Part shown: one piece after another, positions 1 through 6,706 of the stretch | Layout of the letters: every line of letters starts with the position of its first letter | How positions within the stretch are numbered: the stretch's first letter is position 1 | Assembly: GCF_000011805.1 (NCBI RefSeq) | Contig: NC_006840.2 | DNA: 32,000 nt | Strand: one strand, 5' to 3' | Source of the DNA: Aliivibrio fischeri ES114 | Lineage (GTDB): Bacteria; Pseudomonadota; Gammaproteobacteria; Enterobacterales; Vibrionaceae | Notes under the pieces: generated by a model | What the model saw: the letters and a program-made list of their open reading frames with translations, nothing else | What the model was told of the DNA's origin: nothing | Databases searched by the model: none | Translations under genes and position numbers: made by a program

Positions 1-465
1 CTTGCCAATTATCAGGGTACGTTATTATTAGTAAGCCATGACCGTCAGTTTGTTGATAACACAGTTACGACAAGTTGGATCTTCGAAGGTGAGGGCCAGA
101 TCGAAGAATTCGTAGGTGGTTATCACGATGCACAGCAACAACGTGCTAATGTACAGGCCGCTCGTGATGCAATGGCACCTAAAGTAACTAAGAAGAAGCC
201 CGAAACTGTTGAAGTTAAAGAAACAGCAGTGCAAGCGAAACCAAAGAAATTATCTTATAAGTTGCAGCGTGAGCTTGAACAGCTACCTGAACTTTTAGAG
301 AAACTAGAAAACGAAATTACAGAACTTCAAGAGAAAGTGAACGACGCAACTTTCTTCCAACAAGAGCCGAAGGTAACTGAACCTGTATTGGCTCGCTTGG
401 CTCAAGCAGAGCAAGAGTTGGAAGTAGCATTCGAGCGTTGGGAAGAACTTGAAGCTCTACAATAG
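1..465 (+). CDS. uup: ABC-F ATPase Uup, C-terminal fragment (5-prime end outside window)
   Basis: Frame 1 is open from base 1. The translation LANYQGTLLLVSHDRQFVDNTVTTSWIFEGEG... contains the ABC H-loop region (SHDR), followed by a charged coiled-coil tail (KKLSYKLQRELEQLPELLEKLENEITELQEKV) typical of Uup. uup lies upstream of rmf-fabA-ycbZ-matP as in E. coli. Confidence 0.75.
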   Translation, partial: LANYQGTLLLVSHDRQFVDNTVTTSWIFEGEGQIEEFVGGYHDAQQQRANVQAARDAMAPKVTKKKPETVEVKETAVQAKPKKLSYKLQRELEQLPELLEKLENEITELQEKVNDATFFQQEPKVTEPVLARLAQAEQELEVAFERWEELEALQ

Positions 466-473
466 GAAGTTAA

Positions 474-2111
474 ATGAGTAGTAAATTACAATTAACCACA
501 TTAGCTGTTTTGGTGTCTGCTGCGCTTCCTGCGCAAGCAGCACTTTATAAAGTGGTGGAAGTAGCTCCAGGTGTTTCTGGTAATGAAGTATATGGAACAG
601 CTATTCAACCAGGGGCCACAACTGATTCAAAAGGGTGTTTTGTTGATGATTGTGCTGAAGGGGCTAGTTATAAATTAGCAGGCGAAACTCGTAATCGTCC
701 TGATGGTTTTTCATATCGTGAAGAAGTTCCTTTCGCAATGGACAATTCATTTGCGTACATTGAAGATGATTACGATGGTTTTGAAGATTACTGTTTCTAT
801 CAATTAGGTTATGCTACGTGTGAATACTGGGCTTCTGATCGTTGGTCTAGTTGGTACAATGAGACATATAGTAGTAATACACCTAACTCATTAGCATTTA
901 TTGAAGGTACAGCGGTTCTACCTACTGATGCGAAAAATACAGTGATTAATTCACTTAATTCATCTGGTTCAGCTATTGGTAATTACAGTACTGCAACCGT
1001 TCGTAATACTCCTATTAATGGGGACATTACGGGATGGAAACAAGGGCGTCAATGGGCAACAAATGGAACTTACAGTGTTGGAAGCGTCTCTTCTCGTACA
1101 GGTACTGGCGGCGAACGTTATTATTATTTTTCAAAACCAGCAGTATGGAATGGAACAACTTTAAATGCAGTTAAATGGGCATATAATGATCAACAAGATG
1201 GAGATTATTACGCTCAAGGTAGTATGCGTGATTTATATGTGGATGGAACAACTTTTTATGGTGTTGGCTATAACAACTATAAAGACCAACATATGAATGC
1301 AACTATTTTTAAAGGAACGACTACAGATTTAACTAATCTTAACTCAGTTCAAATTAATAATGCTCAAGTAGATATTAGTGGTGATAATATTCACTCTAAC
1401 TCGGTAGCTACCAATATTAATAAGAACTTAGTTGTGGTTGGTCAAGCAAAACGTTCTGGTGGTTACCCGAAAAATGGTGCCGCATCGAATCGTTTGTTCA
1501 TTGTTCCTGATGCATCAGCAAGTTCAATTAATGCTTCCTTCTTCTATGGTGGTATCTTCTTTGATGGTGCTGGTGGTGAAATGGGTGGTATTAACAATTA
1601 CAATGAAATTGTTGGTCGTATTGACTCTGAGAATCACCGTGAATACGATGGCAAGCAACGTCGTCAACGTGCATTTATTTACCCGTATGGTGTAACACCT
1701 AAAGTAACAGTTCCTGCAGAAGTAACAGCAATTAATGATCGTAAAGCTATCTTTAAAAATAAAGCTTGGCTTCTTGATGATCTAACAAATGGTGGTTCTG
1801 AAAGCAGTAACAATAACCAATATCGTATCTATGATGCCAGTGACATCAATGATGCTGGTGTTATCTCAGCAACAGCAGTGAAATGTTCTGGTGGTTATGA
1901 CTCTACATCACATAACGCATATTGTGGAGATGGTAACGGAACTGAAAAAGTTGTGGCGGTTAAGTTAGTTCCAATTGCAGGATCTGATGCTTCTGCGATA
2001 GAACCTCGTAGCTATGATAGTACAGCAACTGAACGTAAAGGTGCTGGTTTAGGCTTTGGTGCTTTGACCATACTTGGTTTATTTGGTTTCATGCGCAAAC
2101 GAATTAAATAA
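474..2111 (+). CDS. Secreted DUF3466-like protein with GlyGly-CTERM-like sorting tail
   Basis: 545-aa ORF starting 8 nt after the uup stop. It has a signal peptide (LAVLVSAALPAQA/A) and an N/S/T/G/Y-rich body. The C-terminus GAGLGFGALTILGLFGFMRKRIK is a Gly-rich motif, a hydrophobic helix and a basic tail. A strong terminator follows. Confidence 0.7.
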   Translation: MSSKLQLTTLAVLVSAALPAQAALYKVVEVAPGVSGNEVYGTAIQPGATTDSKGCFVDDCAEGASYKLAGETRNRPDGFSYREEVPFAMDNSFAYIEDDYDGFEDYCFYQLGYATCEYWASDRWSSWYNETYSSNTPNSLAFIEGTAVLPTDAKNTVINSLNSSGSAIGNYSTATVRNTPINGDITGWKQGRQWATNGTYSVGSVSSRTGTGGERYYYFSKPAVWNGTTLNAVKWAYNDQQDGDYYAQGSMRDLYVDGTTFYGVGYNNYKDQHMNATIFKGTTTDLTNLNSVQINNAQVDISGDNIHSNSVATNINKNLVVVGQAKRSGGYPKNGAASNRLFIVPDASASSINASFFYGGIFFDGAGGEMGGINNYNEIVGRIDSENHREYDGKQRRQRAFIYPYGVTPKVTVPAEVTAINDRKAIFKNKAWLLDDLTNGGSESSNNNQYRIYDASDINDAGVISATAVKCSGGYDSTSHNAYCGDGNGTEKVVAVKLVPIAGSDASAIEPRSYDSTATERKGAGLGFGALTILGLFGFMRKRIK

Positions 2112-2130
2112 AACTTAATTAATAAGATTA

Positions 2131-2168
2131 AGCCTGAAGTCACATTATGTGGCTTCAGGCTTTTTTTA
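2131..2168 (+). terminator. Rho-independent terminator after the DUF3466-like gene
   Basis: Stem agcctgaag (2131-2139) pairs with cttcaggct (2153-2161), followed by a T7 run. Confidence 0.85.
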
Positions 2169-2311
2169 TACTTGAAAAACACACAAAATTAGCCGATTCT
2201 TAATATTGTCATCATGAAATGTTCATGATGAACCCTAACTAAATAAAAGGGTGAAGTAGTAAAGTAGTACATTTATGAAGCAACATGCTTTCCATCTATG
2301 AGGACTGAACT

Positions 2312-2485
2312 ATGAAGAGACAAAAGCGTGACCGTTTAGAGCGAGCACAATCACAAGGGTATAAAGCAGGCTTAAATGGCCGCTCATCAGAGCACTGCCC
2401 ATATCAATCAATGGATGCTCGTTCATGTTGGCTTGGAGGCTGGCGGGACGCAAGAGACGACAAACAGTCCGGTTTGTTTAAGTAA
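2312..2485 (+). CDS. rmf: Ribosome modulation factor
   Basis: 57-aa ORF absent from the ORF track: MKRQKRDRLERAQSQGYKAGLNGRSSEHCPYQSMDARSCWLGGWRDARDDKQSGLFK. This is the unmistakable Rmf sequence pattern. A GAGG lies upstream of the ATG, and the position next to fabA matches E. coli. Confidence 0.92.
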   Translation: MKRQKRDRLERAQSQGYKAGLNGRSSEHCPYQSMDARSCWLGGWRDARDDKQSGLFK

Positions 2486-2514
2486 ACCCATAAAATAAAA
2501 AGAATTTTAAAATT

Positions 2515-2544
2515 AAAGCCTCTATATGAGGCTTTAATTTTTTC
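2515..2544 (+). terminator. Rho-independent terminator of rmf
   Basis: Stem aaagcctc (2515-2522) pairs with gaggcttt (2528-2535), followed by aatttttt. Confidence 0.75.
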
Positions 2545-2642
2545 TAGAGTTTACGAAAAACGAGTTTAAGTAATCTAACACTTAGAGTAGGCAACATATG
2601 TTATAAAACAGTACTAACGCACTATAACTTATGGGAAGGGCG

Positions 2643-2672
2643 ATAAAAAAAGCTAGCACGAAGCTAGCTTTT
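2643..2672 (-). terminator. Rho-independent terminator of fabA
   Basis: Stem aagctagc (2650-2657) pairs with gctagctt (2663-2670). The A-run at 2645-2650 gives a T-run on the minus strand. Confidence 0.8.
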
Positions 2673-2692
2673 AATCATTCTAAAAAATTTAA

Positions 2693-3211
2693 TTAGAATG
2701 CAGATGTATCTTGGAAAAGACCAACTTTAAGGTCTTTTGCAACGTAGATTTCTTTACCATCAACAAGTACACGACCATCAGCTAGGCCCATAACCAGTTT
2801 ACGGTTAATAACACGTTTGAAATCGATTTCGTAAGTTACTTTTTTCGCAGTAGGAAGTACTTGGCCTGTGAATTTAACTTCACCCACACCTAAAGCTCGA
2901 CCTTTACCTTCGCCGCCAATCCAGCCAAGGAAGAAACCAACTAATTGCCACATAGCATCAAGGCCAAGACAGCCAGGCATTACTGGGTCGCCAGGGAAGT
3001 GACAATCAAAGAACCAAAGATCTGGAGTAATATCTAACTCTGCGATCACTTTACCTTTACCAAATGCGCCTTCAGTTTCAGACATCAGAGGGATACGATC
3101 CATCATTAGCATGTTTGGTGCTGGTAGTTGTGGACCATTTGGGCCAAATAATTCGCCACGGCTTGATGCTAGTAAATCTTCGCGATCATAAGAACTAGGT
3201 TTGTTTTGCAT
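2693..3211 (-). CDS. fabA: 3-hydroxydecanoyl-ACP dehydratase/isomerase
   Basis: 172-aa translation is near-identical in pattern to E. coli FabA ([32 protein letters not shown], active-site His/Asp context). Confidence 0.97.
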   Translation of the reverse strand: MQNKPSSYDREDLLASSRGELFGPNGPQLPAPNMLMMDRIPLMSETEGAFGKGKVIAELDITPDLWFFDCHFPGDPVMPGCLGLDAMWQLVGFFLGWIGGEGKGRALGVGEVKFTGQVLPTAKKVTYEIDFKRVINRKLVMGLADGRVLVDGKEIYVAKDLKVGLFQDTSAF

Positions 3212-3241
3212 TAAAGTATTACTCCTAAATAAGTTGCAGAA

Positions 3242-3270
3242 ATTCTAGCTAACACTTGTACTCATATCAA
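3242..3270 (-). promoter_or_regulatory. fabA sigma70 promoter (-35 TTGATA, 17-nt spacer, -10 TAGAAT)
   Basis: The minus strand reads TTGATA (3270-3265), tgagtacaagtgttagc (17 nt), then TAGAAT (3247-3242). An AGGAG SD sits at 3227-3223. Confidence 0.6.
3247..3262 (-). promoter_or_regulatory. FabR-type operator in the fabA promoter spacer
   Basis: Minus strand AGTACAAGTGTTAGCT matches 14/16 against the E. coli fabA FabR site as I recall it (CGTACACGTGTTAGCT). Its position immediately downstream of the FadR box is the same. Confidence 0.55.
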
Positions 3271-3282
3271 GTCGGATCAGCG
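3266..3282 (-). promoter_or_regulatory. FadR operator overlapping the fabA -35
   Basis: Minus strand CGCTGATCCGACTTGAT compares with the FadR consensus ANCTGGTCNGACNTGTT. Against the E. coli fabA site AACTGATCGGACTTGTT the core matches 13/15. It overlaps the ycbZ stop codon. Confidence 0.6.
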
Positions 3283-4947
3283 CTGGTTAAACCAGTGTTT
3301 AATTCGACATAATAAGGCGGAACAATGAGTTGGATGATGTTCAACATCTTCAATATGTTGAGCAATTAAAGAGAAAACAGACTCATGTTCTTCTGACTGT
3401 AGTGGTAGCCCCAATAAAATCTCAACTGCTTCTTCAACGTTATTTACAGGGTAGATTGTAAATAAGTTGTCTTCTACAGCTTGAACGACATCATCGGAAA
3501 GTACAAGATTAATTCCATTTGTTGCTGGGATAATAACACCTTGTTCACCCGTTAACCCACGTTTTTGGCATAACTGGTAAAAGGCCTCAATTTTTTCGTT
3601 AACACCGCCAATAGGCTGAGCAGAACCAAACTGATCAACCGAGCCTGTAATGGCGATACTCTGAGTTATTGGTTTAATTGATAGGGCACTTAATAATGCG
3701 CACAGTTCAGCTAAGCTCGCGCTGTCACCATCAACTTCACAATAAGATTGTTCAAATACCATTGAAGCGGTAAAAGGTAAAGGTTCACGAGAATCAAGTT
3801 GGCTTAAGATATAAGCTTGCATGATCAACATGCCTTTAGCATGAATATTACCACCAAGTTCCACTTTGCGCTCAACATCAGATAGTTCACCATCACCAGT
3901 ATGTACAACACAAGAAATGCGTGAAGCTTCACCATAAGAAATAGGGTGCCCTGGAACAGATACGACGGTTAGCCCGTTAATTTGGCCAACTTTTTCACCT
4001 TGTGTTTCAATAAGAATATTGTTTTCAAGAATATCGTCTAACGCTCGTGATGGTAAATAAGATTCAATATAGTATTTAGATTCAATCGCTCGAATAAAAT
4101 CGGCTGCACAAATAGTTGTTTTTGACTCAGAAGCTAATGAAGCATGAGCTAGAAATGAATTTAACCAAATTAAACATAAGTTTAATCGAGTTTGATCTTC
4201 ACACTCACGCGCACCAACTTTTAATAAAGGCAATAGCGATAGGCCATCATTTAATGGTAAATGTCCGTTATCGACTAATATCGTATTAATGAGTTGAACG
4301 TAAGCAGTTACGCTGTCACTTGATATTTTTGTATCAAATTCGTACTCAGAGTACATTGACATGCCGGCAAGTAAGTCGGGTTCTAACTGTTCAATTTCAC
4401 CTAATAAAGCTCGGTCACCAACGATGAGTAATTTTACATCGACAGACAGTTGGTGGTTTGTTGCTTTAGGTGATTTAAGATCACTTGAAGGAATCGTTAT
4501 AGAACTGCCTTGAAGTACGCTTTTTAATCTAGGCCATAAGTATGGATTAGCAAGTAAGATACTTGGCGATATAATTAAAAAACCACCATTAGCTTGCTGA
4601 AGTAAGCCTGATTCTAAACTGTCAGATTTATTATGATAGATACCAAATAGCTCTGCTTCAGATGCACTTTCAGCAATAATGATTGGTACATCAGTATCCT
4701 GATCAACACGGTTCTTGCTATTATTCTTTAGCCATGTAGCTGCATATTCACGATAAACTCGATTATCTAATGCGGTTAGCTGAAGTATATTAATGCCATT
4801 GATTTGAGAGAAATTCGTCAGTGCTTGAACTAATCGAGGTTGCAAAGAGTAGGCGTCTTGAACTTCAGATAAGAGTGCATTATTCAAATCGTTTTCGATA
4901 TGCGCGAAATTTGGTGAAATTGTAAATGGCGTGTCTACTAACTGCAT
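3277..4947 (-). CDS. ycbZ: Lon-like S16 protease lacking the AAA+ module (YcbZ/LonH type)
   Basis: 556 aa with a C-terminal Lon proteolytic domain (catalytic-Ser context EVDGDSASLAEL, Lys context GGVNEKIEAF). It sits between fabA and matP exactly as ycbZ does in E. coli. Confidence 0.8.
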   Translation of the reverse strand: MQLVDTPFTISPNFAHIENDLNNALLSEVQDAYSLQPRLVQALTNFSQINGINILQLTALDNRVYREYAATWLKNNSKNRVDQDTDVPIIIAESASEAELFGIYHNKSDSLESGLLQQANGGFLIISPSILLANPYLWPRLKSVLQGSSITIPSSDLKSPKATNHQLSVDVKLLIVGDRALLGEIEQLEPDLLAGMSMYSEYEFDTKISSDSVTAYVQLINTILVDNGHLPLNDGLSLLPLLKVGARECEDQTRLNLCLIWLNSFLAHASLASESKTTICAADFIRAIESKYYIESYLPSRALDDILENNILIETQGEKVGQINGLTVVSVPGHPISYGEASRISCVVHTGDGELSDVERKVELGGNIHAKGMLIMQAYILSQLDSREPLPFTASMVFEQSYCEVDGDSASLAELCALLSALSIKPITQSIAITGSVDQFGSAQPIGGVNEKIEAFYQLCQKRGLTGEQGVIIPATNGINLVLSDDVVQAVEDNLFTIYPVNNVEEAVEILLGLPLQSEEHESVFSLIAQHIEDVEHHPTHCSALLCRIKHWFNQR

Positions 4948-5082
4948 GCTTACTTATGACTAAAAAATAAAATCGATTATACATGACATAATGTAAAACG
5001 TCTGATTTTTCAGAGCTTACATTAGCAATTAGATCAGAATCTCATATTTGTTGTTATTTAATTGAACTTGCCAGTGTCTACA

Positions 5083-5095
5083 GTTACACTGTCAC
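5083..5095. promoter_or_regulatory. matS-like site upstream of matP (12/13 to GTGACRNYGTCAC)
   Basis: GTTACACTGTCAC lies 33 nt upstream of the matP ATG, with a single mismatch at position 3. Confidence 0.35.
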
Positions 5096-5127
5096 CCAAC
5101 ATTTTCTTTTATAACGAGTGACTTATT

Positions 5128-5574
5128 ATGAAATACCAACAACTTGAAAACCTAGAAGCTGGTTGGAAATGGATGTATTTGTTCAATAAGCACCGTATGG
5201 GAGAATCTATTACTTGTTATATTGATTCAAGTGAACAAAAAAAGTGGGTTGATGAGTTTGTAAAACTTGAACATGAACCCGTTAAAGCGCTTGAGTGGAT
5301 TCAAAAACACATGAATCCAGATCTTGAAAATAAACTTAAACAAGCAATAAGAGCGAAACGTAAACGTCATTTTAATGCAGAACAAGAACATACACGCAAG
5401 AAATCGATAGATCTTGATTATCGAGTATGGGAAAAGCTTTCATTAAGAGCACAAGATTTAGATTCAACGCTATCAGATACCATCGAATATTTACTTAGTG
5501 AAGCGTCAAAAACAGAAAAGGTTAGCCGAACTGTTTCTTCATTAAAAGCAGACTTACATGAGCTCCTGAAATAG
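5128..5574 (+). CDS. matP: Ter macrodomain organiser MatP
   Basis: 148 aa: MKYQQLENLEAGWKWMYLFNKHRMGESITCY... plus a ribbon-helix-helix and coiled-coil C-terminus. This is the classic MatP pattern, with synteny to ycbZ. Confidence 0.93.
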   Translation: MKYQQLENLEAGWKWMYLFNKHRMGESITCYIDSSEQKKWVDEFVKLEHEPVKALEWIQKHMNPDLENKLKQAIRAKRKRHFNAEQEHTRKKSIDLDYRVWEKLSLRAQDLDSTLSDTIEYLLSEASKTEKVSRTVSSLKADLHELLK

Positions 5575-5608
5575 GAGGTTTTTTCATTGCTCCTAATGCA
5601 CTATAACT

Positions 5609-5644
5609 TGATTGAGTTATTTAATTAATCAAATAACTCAATCA
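5609..5644. terminator. 14-bp perfect inverted repeat between convergent matP and the yceB-like gene
   Basis: tgattgagttattt (5609-5622) pairs with aaataactcaatca (5631-5644). The right arm includes the stop codon and last codons of the lipoprotein gene. A second weak hairpin ctcct/aggag plus T6 lies at 5563-5584, right after the matP stop. Confidence 0.5.
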
Positions 5645-6179
5645 CTAGCTTATTGTTTTTTATAACTAAATTAGGTTCTGAGGACTTAATAAGAGATTCT
5701 TTAAGCTTATTAGAATCGAGCTTATATGCTGGTTCATTTGAAAGTGCGTAGCCAATAATTGAAACCGCAGGCTTTAAAAGAGCAGCAATATCTTGCGGTA
5801 ATTCGCCATTTTGATCTTCAAATTTTTCTAATTTAAGTGCTTTTAAATAAATTTCACCTGTTTTTTTATCGTATTCAGGAATCGCACTGAACTCTAGAGA
5901 TAAAGCTAAATTCTGGGTGAGTTGATTCATGATCTCAACATCAGCGGTTGTATTTGCATAAACAGCAATTCGATTAGCATCTACACGGCCAATAGTGACG
6001 TTAACATCCTCAACATTTACTTGCGCATAAAGCACGCCAGGGATACCGACAGATTTTTCAACATGAACTTCATTAGAAAGATAATCTGTCATTTCTTGTT
6101 CTGTAACTGAATAACTAGCACATCCAGATAATGAAAGAACACAAGACAGAGATAATAGCATTGATTTACAGTGATTCAT
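5625..6179 (-). CDS. yceB: YceB-like (DUF1439) lipoprotein
   Basis: The track ORF starts at 6218, but the ATG at 6179 gives MNHCKSMLLSLSCVLSLSGC with lipobox LSGC. The body aligns by eye with E. coli YceB (YSVTEQEM / VGIPGV...TIGR / EPAYKL / ...ELFD). Confidence 0.8.
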   Translation of the reverse strand: MNHCKSMLLSLSCVLSLSGCASYSVTEQEMTDYLSNEVHVEKSVGIPGVLYAQVNVEDVNVTIGRVDANRIAVYANTTADVEIMNQLTQNLALSLEFSAIPEYDKKTGEIYLKALKLEKFEDQNGELPQDIAALLKPAVSIIGYALSNEPAYKLDSNKLKESLIKSSEPNLVIKNNKLVIELFD

Positions 6180-6504
6180 GGAAGTCCCATATTGAATAGT
6201 AATTAGGTATTGTGACAATGTAACTATTTAAAAATATCGGATACAGTTTACTGGTAGATTAAAGTAATAACAAATTAAAACGTAAGATATCACCAAGTAT
6301 TGACTTAAAGTGTCATGATAACTTAGTAGAACGAGTGAATAGTAAAAATGACGATACGCCTTAAATGAGCGATTTAAAGAAATGAATCAGTAAACAGAAA
6401 GCTAAGACAGTACCAGAAGTATTAAAGAAACTTGAAACCATATAGAAACTAATAAAAAATAGCATTTTAGAGCCGGTTTGATCTGATAATTAACCTAATA
6501 CCTT

Positions 6505-6532
6505 AGTGCGCATTATGTATATTATGTTAAAT
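6505..6532 (+). other. dif: dif chromosome-dimer resolution site (XerC arm, central hexamer, XerD arm)
   Basis: AGTGCGCATTA TGTATA TTATGTTAAAT is 26/28 identical to E. coli dif GGTGCGCATAA TGTATA TTATGTTAAAT. The central region and XerD arm are identical. It lies in the only large non-coding gap, 1 kb from matP. Confidence 0.9.
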
Positions 6533-6635
6533 AGGCTTTAGGGTTAATATAGATTGTTGCTTGTAATACTGCACTATCTCTTGTCTTCACAGCTTTTAGC
6601 TTCAATTTAACCATAATCGTATTTACCATAAAATA

Positions 6636-6683
6636 GCTAATAATCATTAAATAATACTTCGTATTTATCTATTGATTATTAGC
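6636..6683 (-). repeat. 11-bp perfect inverted repeat, possible terminator of the kinase operon
   Basis: gctaataatca (6636-6646) pairs with tgattattagc (6673-6683), with a 26-nt loop. It starts 24 nt downstream of the kinase stop on the minus strand. Confidence 0.35.
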
Positions 6684-6706
6684 CTCATTCTTACAAGCTA
6701 AGTTAC

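Noticed and set aside
2579-2606. Possible second (degenerate) dif that would indicate an integrated IMEX: ATATGTTATAA resembles the XerD arm (8/11).
   Set aside because: The corresponding XerC-arm position (CACTTAGAGTA) has no similarity to AGTGCGCATTA. Likewise AATACTGCACT at 6565-6575 resembles an inverted XerC arm at only 6/11 and has no XerD arm beside it. Both are chance matches in AT-rich DNA.
2633-2640. KOPS motif GGGAAGGG on the plus strand left of dif, in the orientation expected for FtsK loading toward dif.
   Set aside because: It is the only GGGNAGGG/CCCTNCCC match I could find in the window, and a single motif cannot establish polarity. It is mentioned only as being compatible with the dif call.
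3277-4947. Lon-like protease as a possible defence-system component (BrxL-like or other Lon-type effectors).
   Set aside because: It sits in the conserved housekeeping block fabA-ycbZ-matP exactly as in E. coli. It has no neighbouring methyltransferase, helicase or PglZ-type genes, and no mobile or compositional signal.
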